In this document: positions 9,801 through 17,034 of the stretch, one piece after another
How the letters are laid out: each line of letters begins with the position of its first letter
Numbering within the stretch: position 1 is the first letter of the stretch
IMG/VR virus record: IMGVR_UViG_3300008108_000012
Reading direction: 5' to 3' (one strand)
Length of the DNA stretch: 64,000 nt
Source of the DNA: an uncultured virus (IMG/VR IMGVR_UViG_3300008108_000012)
Taxonomy: Duplodnaviria > Heunggongvirae > Uroviricota > Caudoviricetes
Notes under the pieces: model-generated
What the model was told of the DNA's origin: nothing
Seen by the model: the letters and a program-made list of their open reading frames with translations, nothing else
Databases searched by the model: none
Made by a program: the position numbers and the translations under genes

Positions 9801-12615
9801 CTTCTCTATAGACGCGTTCTGCTTCTGCGGCCCTCTCCTGTATGTCTTCTGACCAGTTCTCCCATTCAGGCTTGGTGATTGGACCCCATTCTGGGTGGAA
9901 GCCAATGTCATTGTTTTCCAACAAAAACATGATGTAATCATCTGCTGTTACTGGGTCTTCAAAACTAAGCGCCCTACGTCCGCCAGCCCATCTTGGCATT
10001 TGCCTCGGGTCGTCTAAAGGCTGCAACGGTATAGACGAATCTAAAGGCTTTCCAGCTTCGTAGTCAGCTATTAGTTTTGCTAGTTCTTCATCTAGGGCAT
10101 CAAGCGCATTTTGTGTTGCCTGCTGTTGAGCCGGGGTCATGGTTCCCTGAGCAACACCAGCGGCAAGTTTTTCTTGAAGAACTCTTCTTCTTGCTTCCAG
10201 GCTCATCGCATCGTCGCCGGCCATATATGCAAGATTGTCCAGCAGGCGCAGCGGTGAATTTTCTTGGCCCGGTTGAGAAATTCTCTGGGCAACATCAATT
10301 ACGCCAGCAGCATCGAGCTTTGTTGGGTCGACCATCTCTGGCAGTATGTAGCGATTAAACAGTTCTTCAATGTCTTCATTAGAGAGTACGTCAACATCAA
10401 GACGCGACAAAGTCCCATTCGGTGCCATTTTTTTGTACTCATCAAGGAAGCTTCTAACGAGAGGACGTTTGATTTGTGCTGCTGCAGCAACTTCAGACGG
10501 AAGAAGCGGAAGTTCATCTTTTCTTGGAGGTTTAATGGCTACGTTCGCTGCTTTGAGCGCGTCATTATGACCCTTGAACAGCTTGTCTAAATCTTGGTCA
10601 GATAGGTCAAGGATTGCTCTTGCTGCAGTTGCGGCATCAGGATACTTGGCAATATGTGTCTGCATTTCAGGTGATAAATTAACCCTTGCAGTACTTAGGG
10701 CTTCATCGAAGAGGAACCTCTTACGCCACTGACCGGCTTTCCACTGTGCTTTTTCTTGGTTTGTCCACTGTGAGTCTGGGCCAGACGGTGTTGCCATGCG
10801 TCCTGATATCCCACCCATGCGGCCGGAAATAGCGTCAAACCTTTCAAACGCCCTAGCTGTTGCCTCTATGTCTCTGCTTATTCTTCCAACGCGTCGCTCT
10901 CCACGACGTTCTGCTCGTTCGGCCGTGGAAGTAATTCTTCTAGCTGGCTGTATGGCTGTTCTCGGAGTCTTGTATCTACTAACGAAACCATCGGGAAGAT
11001 TGTTTGCTCGGGCAAAAGTCTTAGTCATTTCTCCTTGTTTCGTGCGCGACGGCACAAAACCAAGAACTACATCTGACTTTCCGTCTGGGTCAAGACCATT
11101 TGACACATTGTTAAATAGGTCGTTTACCGCCCTGTCGTTTAGTCTTTGGCGCTTTAAGTCATTGTCTTTAAACGCCCATGAAACAAGTGAGCCCCAGTTG
11201 TTAACTTTTCCTCTAGAAACCGCTTCCATTGCCTCGTCTTTAACAGCTCCAAAACTGTTAACAGCAGCAAAAAGTTTGGGGTTATTTTTGCGAAAAGCAC
11301 TGATGCGCTTTTTGCGTCGAGACTTTTGTCTTTCTACTGATTCACGAACGTCGTTAGCAAAAAGTCCGTTCTGTTTTGCAAATTCACCGTAAGAAAGACC
11401 GGAAGCTTTTTGCGTATCGAGCAACCTCTGGGCATCGTCTTCTGTCCATTTATCAGCATCTTCTGGGAGCCAATTAAGTTTAGATTCGCGTACTTTTTCA
11501 GCCTTTGGTTTTGGCAATCTTTCTGGTCGCTGGAGCAACTGCCTACGAGGCTGAGGTTTTTCTTCCGGTGTTGGCGCTTGCGTCCTTTGAGGCCGCATTC
11601 TTGGCACCCACCGACTCGGTCTTCCGCCCGGGGTTGGGTCAATTACACCGCGACCACGGTTAATTGTGGGAATTCCTTCAAGAACTAAGCCGTCTAGGTC
11701 TTCGTCTCTCGCTGTTGCGGGATTCATATCCTGTCCGGTTGCTCCCAATCTAGGACGCAACGCACCAGGAGTTCTAAGAGTTCTTCTGGAAGAACGACGA
11801 GATAATGCCTTTTCCTCTATCAGACCATCGATTGATTTTGTTTCGATGCCGTCATAAAACTCAACGTGTTTTACGCCCCTAACTGAACGTTTGCGTGCCG
11901 TTCTTGCCGCATCCGTATTAGGGACAAACTGTTCTCCGCTGCGAGAACCCTGTATTTTCTTCCTGTTGGTAGCCGCTCTTTGCGCCGGTGTCAGCTTTGA
12001 CCACGCTTTAGCTGGCAAGTATCTTCTGGTGTAGCTACCTCTGCGAGCTTTTTTACCGTCGCTCGTGGTCCATTTTTCTTTAGTCCACGAAGAAAGCGAA
12101 CGTTGCGTTTTGCTTTTTCCGCCAGTCTTGTATCCGCCACCTGCTTTTTTATACGCCTGAGCGAGCATTTGCGCTTTTCTTGCAGACCACTGTCCGGGGG
12201 CTCCACCCTCAGAGCCAGCCATAATTCGCTGCTTGATTCTCTCGCGCAATTCCGGCTTTGTGTAGTTATTTTTTTTGCTTGCTTTCGTTTCGACAGCTTC
12301 TTCTAAAGTCTTCTTTGCAAGCTTGCCTCGGCCGGTGATTTGCCTGATATCTCTTTCCAGCTGCTGGCGTCGGAACCTACGACCAGAAACACCTATCCCG
12401 CTATATTTTCTGTAGTCGGACTCATTGGTGCATGGCATCCATGACTCTCCGCCTGAGCGGTTTAGATATCTTCTAATCCCAATACATCCAAGACGTCGCG
12501 CAGCAACTCTGGCCGATTCTGGGTCAGAGAAAACGTCCGGGTCGGTAGTGCGCACTCTGCGCGGAGCCCCAAGAACGTCTTTTTGCTCAATGTCTATGTT
12601 CTGCGTATCAGTCAT
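832..12615 (-). CDS. Giant multidomain (polyvalent) protein, 3927 aa: WMPC/DUF3721-like, DUF5872-like, Nudix, HTH array, J-domain, zeta-toxin-like kinase, 2x GNAT, C-terminal HTH
   Basis: Uninterrupted 11.8 kb ORF. Motifs seen: Nudix box GGFADPGETALETALRELEEEVGL; J-domain with HPD; Walker A GGPAGSGKTT plus VDADEIK; GNAT acetyl-CoA loops QQQGLGIGT and KRKGIAS; 13 ISGRM-type linkers. Confidence 0.9.
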   Translation of the reverse strand: MTDTQNIDIEQKDVLGAPRRVRTTDPDVFSDPESARVAARRLGCIGIRRYLNRSGGESWMPCTNESDYRKYSGIGVSGRRFRRQQLERDIRQITGRGKLAKKTLEEAVETKASKKNNYTKPELRERIKQRIMAGSEGGAPGQWSARKAQMLAQAYKKAGGGYKTGGKSKTQRSLSSWTKEKWTTSDGKKARRGSYTRRYLPAKAWSKLTPAQRAATNRKKIQGSRSGEQFVPNTDAARTARKRSVRGVKHVEFYDGIETKSIDGLIEEKALSRRSSRRTLRTPGALRPRLGATGQDMNPATARDEDLDGLVLEGIPTINRGRGVIDPTPGGRPSRWVPRMRPQRTQAPTPEEKPQPRRQLLQRPERLPKPKAEKVRESKLNWLPEDADKWTEDDAQRLLDTQKASGLSYGEFAKQNGLFANDVRESVERQKSRRKKRISAFRKNNPKLFAAVNSFGAVKDEAMEAVSRGKVNNWGSLVSWAFKDNDLKRQRLNDRAVNDLFNNVSNGLDPDGKSDVVLGFVPSRTKQGEMTKTFARANNLPDGFVSRYKTPRTAIQPARRITSTAERAERRGERRVGRISRDIEATARAFERFDAISGRMGGISGRMATPSGPDSQWTNQEKAQWKAGQWRKRFLFDEALSTARVNLSPEMQTHIAKYPDAATAARAILDLSDQDLDKLFKGHNDALKAANVAIKPPRKDELPLLPSEVAAAAQIKRPLVRSFLDEYKKMAPNGTLSRLDVDVLSNEDIEELFNRYILPEMVDPTKLDAAGVIDVAQRISQPGQENSPLRLLDNLAYMAGDDAMSLEARRRVLQEKLAAGVAQGTMTPAQQQATQNALDALDEELAKLIADYEAGKPLDSSIPLQPLDDPRQMPRWAGGRRALSFEDPVTADDYIMFLLENNDIGFHPEWGPITKPEWENWSEDIQERAAEAERVYREGGELEAKDAIDALNAEYQQWTQVGLEAGWIQEPEEDEEFEEPQPERPIRDEFGVLDEDWVWNTEHGSPEELGVTDDPATWAQHPDNVEDDGVTLIPLDELEELILKYAPKQFQADLLEILKPSEWTDPHNGHIDQRYIDLPPELIDYFVGQAMGTMPPTPSSSGQMPTPNLGGIQGDGVGLSDPGGPRLRKGIPFIPRNINWDSALRMFQRILNKQGKQASSKGSYATASRQYDPALGVYDDWGALQLQNQFVEAAKEARELYVTGTGQDSRKAREQVWNLLQSGRTPQEISHELIIFGADQPDTNRPPQPIDLRDLVKAAATQYAIDNNIKTSDVTKLLNAADQAFNSDTARQEAFRRSQLERLRDDLTRLFSGQSPQQIISSIDGLIEETERKKWFADQAYRIERGHDARLRKAALDLAESYPVPTARRAIFMEPDGTITDSPSRRAKALYQEPYTGEVTDDDTRGWPQAFDEGYDPTQISRARHANRIYRWWRQNWGYIERNENGEITREYVGPLQGTLKAHQLHARKYGNEGLAGTTAYATRTADSRVQQLREVKRTIEGARQEGRGMGISGFMRSGGPNLYDEYSRKAARVLVSGRRKNKPSSMLLGYDSDEMPITRAMRTAFSGGSGKFLGASNEHSFAALMNPENVDYFKHLSPVEKDYFRALYSNPDFVVAVSKDVTAPLPNRTRGASTVSPDEAIINAFRSSMDATRPTISGQMGLRRTLSNASRVARYNPERWQREYLTARNSFRMTSPFRGKKKQNYKLEQITLKDSVFKPVEGLYLVDADTKNVIDGPFKSDELGLLASEKAKGAETSVISKNYPRPWEQMPEIQELIANGVSNELRDFMTLDSHKISDIRSTVYDTIEGKINQYALDLDKGVPQKASDTAIFSRDPDTGALMVLLIQRAFGPHKDDTGAWVLPGGFADPGETALETALRELEEEVGLKVSPTDARVKQIGTITAPDWDVRFTKGVEVSGTALFVSPDAAFKAGDDALRAQWFPVQDIADGKLPIGFGHVAWIKNAMALEVDDPANYGPDYESLRTGLDRVERATRARNKELIEISNSWRKELNKGRAKADKIKLFDEKNLGSYSAWELAPSDDMMRLGSISRMRLMGREVTPESIAADVERTRENRLSRVGSNFGPSISGRMGEGFENNMNDMHLRGMSSDEIKNKLRQENGVSEEDINRYVLYSGIQLSKTSDNVSASERKMFDEMISSGGSIRDLAKKNKISFTEAMDVVVKVESSIGNREPAINAALRKAIMNDSFISGAEKAAMVQRLHGASRASVAKFMGMSVERYGEVEASIIDNLKARNPKMFKSAGAWSSNPESLFAEQDIFMRYVHGKQPLNRIAEDLGMTEKMVDGIVKRYARWKNSNAPLERAAIKQSISQFGSALNAGEIQMMRRLSDGENIFQFSERTNMPKKAAIRMYNSAMRKMHMESGVSPLSRNFDANIYKAIPKEWISPSFLFEKNPPKATRAISGKMSDVAKSANKFNAEKRSYMTSPMSALREKVKDIRQEMRDQIQNLSSTSAYMHPVFGGQEGIDKMAALGAYIKRTIDESVLEAVVDAARKSGSRFSGDREEIAKRAMNKARKSLMEDLWMKREMIDFSLDMHEMIESASWPWRMWQPDSPEWQRHRNIPELMETYKTNTPKGRQAYINAGFYMPLGDNEMFEFLNAVEENNSISGRMSNPRQWAQSRDLYDIIGVSETATDEELKKAFRAKSRVLHPDVNNSPDATEQFKELGFAWETLSNSRLRNQYDSWRAGRTSRQSSSARPNNTDIADDDIDVSQYTDQDLYLYDDKGRLWPRHNANRDDWPTAPFTQSTVFPQRQWVEKEFDEWSDWTRHGIQPSRPAGSALWGEGRGTRDLGGDGEIDDDGQGGPGPSSGPRGPFNPTSGSPANAYFVEQQVRRDLGPDATDEEVLAELIRRMTGGGRGPSMSSSPGSISGRMSSSFPPLDDSVQKRLGLQNLPSSYDQSELTKQHPKLTFDVYKANIGEPSVEVTTTFGGKSNVSKYRYDNVYRPIIDALVAGVQRPTGGKRKFVSVGGPAGSGKTTDRKTGAHNIPTPGFALHVDADEIKTLLPEARALHAAGNPMWANAVHEESRVIADLALQEAISQGLDVVYDSTGQYNSGFETLQAARSAGYDIVMHYNTATPDALAESLERRSLTDPRSLPGHFNSAVMGRNRQIMPSVAKAADEFYLWDSTDISSRRLLASKPSASSPLEIKHEDAYVYADFDEATQKVKRGGRPTARLFQNRYAAESPEGKAIESFDAGQSIEDIASSSDMSKDRIFNVVTTGVIDPNMQYRPPVQPSSRPLISPEKKIDDFVSDDALESTWKSLTPAQQSIVKDVLNKTPGAMDAFENEELPMDIIIWAAQNGDISGRMSSAGIKKSAENQAISGRERSAARKARQLIANKGKYSEIKKAMKEAFTGVIVGNKDYIDRTKTNRGNEFNVIPIDVKVTNTGDGGYDRGGYTIPANKTRIEISGLVFPKHLGTNPSQLNDNNSLASFDRVLYFDDNSAEAEHKGMVVKFQQQGLGIGTALNARNEEIYRELGISEISLYGDNYSPEGLFGASHWPRNGYYWYDEDAKNKFLKKLSESVNDIFRGKLGDSERKTRDEIRALIKKSRKDKFGEGVTPEELLAWEDDGVTLPDTRIRYRRAVEPVSVSGRMGGSISGRITQPAEGWESFNSRREMRNAPKYRGKPWKDVKESLGGEPWPFKGQASQFDKKGPPGFSYFKGTGNGLQPGQWVDCLLWRDEKGILKGIVYHYPQDLPLEKKGNVNIFISPDSKRKGIASTLLSEAIKRYNVDLRQQRYSEEGARFVNQFVRRLPENSGGQISGSMATRYDKDRYSKEDVQDAILDVYGRGLQVADALEALRNEYDILMDRTDWTARLTRMRKAGILESYRLPNKEQTARKIKKSLTQKFVDKRIREVQRLIKSRPNLTHKEIAEIINTMPIPDGVNVARMTTGNVTNILRKGA

Positions 12616-12635
12616 GTGTTTTGTAAAGATTTCTT

Positions 12636-12842
12636 CTACTCTGGTTTAGTATCTGCGATAAATTCGTCAACGACTGTCCAAACTGGATTAGAGGCAACAA
12701 CGGACGATAAGTTAATTATTCCACCTTTTTCGCCGTTCCTGAGTATGTATCCAAAGTAGACAGGAGAATTTCCAACCATGACGGAATGGGTTTTAAACAT
12801 TTTTTGTCTCCCACCTGGCCCGGTGGCAAATAGCTCAATCAC
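12636..12842 (-). CDS. Small hypothetical protein (68 aa) coupled to the 1267-aa protein
   Basis: GTGA overlap at 12839-12842 with the upstream stop codon; fills the gap between two giant ORFs. Confidence 0.6.
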   Translation of the reverse strand: MIELFATGPGGRQKMFKTHSVMVGNSPVYFGYILRNGEKGGIINLSSVVASNPVWTVVDEFIADTKPE

Positions 12843-15800
12843 GGCCTCACCACCTCTTCGCCAGCATTTGTTATATCACTGAGCAGAACAACGGGAATGT
12901 TAAGAGATTCTGCAATTTTGGATATCTGAATAAATCCTTCATAATCCATAATGTCATCGGGAAATTCATCTGCTGCTTCCTCATAACCATCGTCGTCCTG
13001 CATCAGAATCATCCCATCAGGACCAAATGGAGGAAAATCAATATCCCCCCATCTAAAGTCGGTGTCGTCAACGACAATGTATTGAATGTCTTCCAGAGTT
13101 ATCTTTGAATGAATTTGAGCTTCTGCATATTTGGACCTACCTATGGCACTCTTGTCGTCTGCGCTATTTGATACATCTCGGCCACGCTCGATAAGAGAGA
13201 TAATGTCGGCTGCCGAAACCCTTGTAAAGGGGGTGTCAGAAGTAAGCCTTTGTCCAAAAAGCCCATGCTGTGACGGGTTCTTTAACGTTGAAGCTGTTGA
13301 CATCAAGGACAGTGAGTCAATTTCTGTCCAAGTAACCTTTTCATTCATGTCGGGGTTTAGGACAATTCTTATGGGTCCGTACTGGTTCGTGTTTTTTATT
13401 GCATCTTCTGTCATTCCGCCGACGTGCAAAATTCCGTAAGCAGGCCTCTTCCCCTTATATGAGGGGAGGATTCCGAACATCGCAAATTCTGCTGCGGCCC
13501 GAGCTGAAGTGTTGACATTGCCTTGGCTGGTGTTTGTTTCAAATAGCGTTTTAAACTCGTTATCAGCAAACATATTTAAAACAGCATTAATAGGCATGGC
13601 CACAGATACTTGCGACTCTTTCATTAGGTTTTCGTATCCAATATCGTCTATCGACTCATAATCGCTAGGAGATGTAGAAAGCAGGCCAGCGCCTATGGCA
13701 GAGTTCCACCAGTCAAGTGTGTCTTGGTTCGCCCTACGTCTATCGCTAATACCCATACGTTGCATGTTGTTGATTTTTAACCCTGCGTGTATGGCCCGCA
13801 TTGCTAGTCCGCTGGCTATGTCATTTACTTCTTGACTTAGGTCGCTTGTCATACTTCCCCCTGAACCAAATCCAGGAACACGAGAAATAAGGCCACGAAG
13901 CACTTGCATTGTGTTGCCGCCACGACCGTCAGGGTCTTCACGCGGTATGTCAGAGAAGCGGGTCATTGTGTCGGCCATGTCTCCTACGAAATTTCTTATG
14001 AAGTCCCTATGACCGTCGTCTAGTTCAAAATCTTCACCAAAATCACCCAAGGCCATTATCTTGGAAACAGTTGCTCCAATCCATCCTCCGAGCCAACCTC
14101 TGAATTCCGATGCTGCATCGCGACCAGCGGTATCTTTAGAGCCCATGTAGAAGTCTGGATTTGTTTGTAGGTAACTAGCAAACCCAAGCTCCAATACCTT
14201 GTCCGTCAGCCCATTGACTAATTCTTTTATTTCTGGGTGATACGAACCTGGTACGAGCCACTCCAGTGGTGCGCCGGTATTGCGCGCATCCAAGACGTTG
14301 TCTACAGGGTTAGGCCTAACGTCGTACCCTTCATGTTTCGATGTGAAATGGTTCCCTAAATGCTCTGGCGTGTCGGGGTCGTATTCAAGGTCTTTCGCTT
14401 CTATGTCATTTTCTGGGGTATTTCCCATTTTCCCAGAAATTTGTCCTCTAGCTATTCTGTTGCTGAGTTTGCTCTGCAACATCGGCTTTGCTGCGGATGT
14501 CCGCATTGAGGAATCCTGAACAAATGAATCAATGAAATTTTTAGAATCTGCGTCACTTACTACGCTCACATCGGCATTTTCGCTTATTAGTTTTTCTATA
14601 AATTCGTCAGCTAATTCTTCAATCAGGGACACCGTTTCGTCATCAACGGAGGGCATTAAATCTATTTGGGAGAAATTATCTCCTCTCCCCCAGTCCCTGT
14701 TTTTGAATTCTTCTTGAAGCAAGCCTCTAATAAAACTAGGAGATGTTCGTATTTGTTGCCTTATTTCATCAGGTAGCTTTGATTGCAGTCGCGAATCTAA
14801 AAGATATGCAAGGCGTTCTTCGCTGCGAGGTTTTTCTTGTTCAAGAATATTTGATACTTGTTGTTTGATTAAGTTGGAAGCCCATCTAGCATTTTCTGTT
14901 AGGTCTACCCAATCGTTCCCAGTATTGGTGCTGGATTTTCCTGATGAGTCTGTTAGGGGCTTAACCATTGTTTCGGCAACTTCGTCAACCTCGTTACCAA
15001 AATGAGAGTACAATGCATCTCGTAGCGCTATAACTCTACGCCGGTATTCATTTAAAAGCTTTTCTTTATCATTGTTGAAAGCAAGTCTTACGCCAACGTC
15101 TTTGCCGTTTTTTTGTGCTGTTACAAATGGATTTCTAATCCAAGCTTCAAAGTGTTCATAGAATGTATCAGGGCTAATTGTTTCTGCAAGATGAGATAAC
15201 AGCTGTTTTGCTGATGCTCCTTCTGCAGCAGACGCACCAGGGCTGCCGGAGAAAGAAATCCAGCTTCCATATTGGTCCCCCATTTTAGGGTGTTCTTGTG
15301 GGACGAGTGAAATTCCAAGTTCACGCAATTGATTCTTTACTGCAGCAATCCAGGAGTGAGTTCCCCCAGAATAATTCCCAGGCTCGTTACCCCCACCAAA
15401 TTTTGCCCATCCCACTTTTTTTCTATTTTTAGGATGAGTATTGGGAAATTTGCCAAATACTGATAAGTAGTAAAGCCTTGACTCTTCATTTTTCCAGTCA
15501 AATGTTAGGTTGGTGCCGTCCGCCTGTTCGTTTTCTTTGTCGCGGCGTTCCCACAGCTCATCGAAAGCTGGCGAACCATATTTTACAGTTCTTTCTGAAC
15601 CAGCCCTAATAGAAGAAGCTGATGGAGATATACTTTTACCCCCGCTGCCACCGGCTTTACGGAACCCAACTGTCGCGGAGCGTCTTCCGCCTCCGTCTTG
15701 CCTAACCCATAACTTTCCATCAAATTTCCATATTCTTGTATCTTCTGGGTCATCTGAAGAGAAAGTGTCGCCTTGTTTTGGGTTAAGTGGAAAATTTGGT

Positions 15801-16642
15801 CTATCAGGATTGCTCATCCTTCCAGAAATAGAATTCCAGTATTCATCATTTCCGGTTGGGATGCCGTTCGAACGCATGTCGTTGACCATGTGGCTCATCG
15901 AGCTGAGTTCATTATCTAGACCATGAGCTTCAGCTGACTGGGCAATTTTGAGCAAGCGAGCACGATTAAGGCTTCTAACTGGCTCTTGCCCACGTTCTAT
16001 TTCGGCGTTATTTATCCACTCTTGACTGTCCATGTCCCAGCCGATTGAACGTGTGTACATCCTCATTGCGCTCGCCAGCGTTGCCATGTAGCGTTTGTTT
16101 TGCCGTAGTTCTTCTAGCGGTTCCCCGGCAATGTTGTACTCATCCCTATATGAATTAGAACCGAGAGGGATTGGAAACATCCACCAGTCAAAATGGTTTC
16201 TATGGAATGCGTTCCAATCTTTATTTTTCGTCCATTCTTGAAACTTTGCAAACTGTGAAAAATGTTGGCGCAAAAGCTTGTCTACACCTACAAACTCTTC
16301 TTTATTTTGCTCCCTGCCCATTCGGCCGGCGACTTCGCCTCCCGGTGTGGGGTCTGGCATTCCTCTTCCTTGGCGAATTGTTGGTATGCCCTCTAAGACC
16401 ATTCCGTCCATGTCGGCGTCTCTTGCTGTAGTCGGATTCATATCCATTGGCTTAGAGGCTCCACCAATACGACGACCTATGCGTCCTCCCAGAGCTTTGC
16501 CCGATATTTGACCTGAAACAAGACCGCCACCAGACAGGGTATCGATAGCGACAATTGGTTTTTCTCTAAGCTTTTCCCAGTTTTTTTTGTTGCGTCGAAG
16601 CTTTCTGTTCCTAGGCTTCTCGTCTTCGTTTTCAATAAGCAT
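12839..16642 (-). CDS. Multidomain protein, 1267 aa: OGFr-N/DUF1810-like domain, unknown segment, C-terminal DUF3626-like (putative ADP-ribosyltransferase fold)
   Basis: HRNHFDWWMFP...NRARLLKIAQS; FKTLFETNTSQG...RPAYG...QYG...DSL...YAEAQIH; four ISGRM-type linkers. Confidence 0.8.
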   Translation of the reverse strand: MLIENEDEKPRNRKLRRNKKNWEKLREKPIVAIDTLSGGGLVSGQISGKALGGRIGRRIGGASKPMDMNPTTARDADMDGMVLEGIPTIRQGRGMPDPTPGGEVAGRMGREQNKEEFVGVDKLLRQHFSQFAKFQEWTKNKDWNAFHRNHFDWWMFPIPLGSNSYRDEYNIAGEPLEELRQNKRYMATLASAMRMYTRSIGWDMDSQEWINNAEIERGQEPVRSLNRARLLKIAQSAEAHGLDNELSSMSHMVNDMRSNGIPTGNDEYWNSISGRMSNPDRPNFPLNPKQGDTFSSDDPEDTRIWKFDGKLWVRQDGGGRRSATVGFRKAGGSGGKSISPSASSIRAGSERTVKYGSPAFDELWERRDKENEQADGTNLTFDWKNEESRLYYLSVFGKFPNTHPKNRKKVGWAKFGGGNEPGNYSGGTHSWIAAVKNQLRELGISLVPQEHPKMGDQYGSWISFSGSPGASAAEGASAKQLLSHLAETISPDTFYEHFEAWIRNPFVTAQKNGKDVGVRLAFNNDKEKLLNEYRRRVIALRDALYSHFGNEVDEVAETMVKPLTDSSGKSSTNTGNDWVDLTENARWASNLIKQQVSNILEQEKPRSEERLAYLLDSRLQSKLPDEIRQQIRTSPSFIRGLLQEEFKNRDWGRGDNFSQIDLMPSVDDETVSLIEELADEFIEKLISENADVSVVSDADSKNFIDSFVQDSSMRTSAAKPMLQSKLSNRIARGQISGKMGNTPENDIEAKDLEYDPDTPEHLGNHFTSKHEGYDVRPNPVDNVLDARNTGAPLEWLVPGSYHPEIKELVNGLTDKVLELGFASYLQTNPDFYMGSKDTAGRDAASEFRGWLGGWIGATVSKIMALGDFGEDFELDDGHRDFIRNFVGDMADTMTRFSDIPREDPDGRGGNTMQVLRGLISRVPGFGSGGSMTSDLSQEVNDIASGLAMRAIHAGLKINNMQRMGISDRRRANQDTLDWWNSAIGAGLLSTSPSDYESIDDIGYENLMKESQVSVAMPINAVLNMFADNEFKTLFETNTSQGNVNTSARAAAEFAMFGILPSYKGKRPAYGILHVGGMTEDAIKNTNQYGPIRIVLNPDMNEKVTWTEIDSLSLMSTASTLKNPSQHGLFGQRLTSDTPFTRVSAADIISLIERGRDVSNSADDKSAIGRSKYAEAQIHSKITLEDIQYIVVDDTDFRWGDIDFPPFGPDGMILMQDDDGYEEAADEFPDDIMDYEGFIQISKIAESLNIPVVLLSDITNAGEEVVRP

Positions 16643-16644
16643 AT

Positions 16645-17034
16645 TTAATCCACGCCGTAGAAATACGCTATCGCTTCGTCCATTCGTAGATTGTTGTCTT
16701 CAAACCATTTTTTTAACGCTAGGCCAAGCTTGGGCGCACTGTCGCGTATTTTGCGAGCTTCATTGAGTTCGTTTTCATATTTGGTTTTTATGTCTACAAG
16801 TGGCCTATATCTATCTGTGATGAAATCTTCTTCATCAATGTCTCGAAGGTGTTCATTTATGTCTTGTATGAATTCCCCAGCAAGTTCTGGAGTTTTTCCT
16901 GTCTTGTCAAAAGCAAATGGAGGCAACTCAGCAAGTTGATACATGTCCTCCACGGCTCGTTTTAGTTTTAACTTGCTCTGTGAATACATTGCAAATTCGT
17001 CTGACGTTAAAGATGATTTATCTATAGATTTCAT
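16645..17034 (-). CDS. Small hypothetical protein (~129 aa) coupled to the 2450-aa protein
   Basis: The track starts it at 17046, but the second Met (17034) forms an ATGA overlap with the upstream stop at 17031-17033, so 17034 is the preferred start. Confidence 0.7.
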   Translation of the reverse strand: MKSIDKSSLTSDEFAMYSQSKLKLKRAVEDMYQLAELPPFAFDKTGKTPELAGEFIQDINEHLRDIDEEDFITDRYRPLVDIKTKYENELNEARKIRDSAPKLGLALKKWFEDNNLRMDEAIAYFYGVD

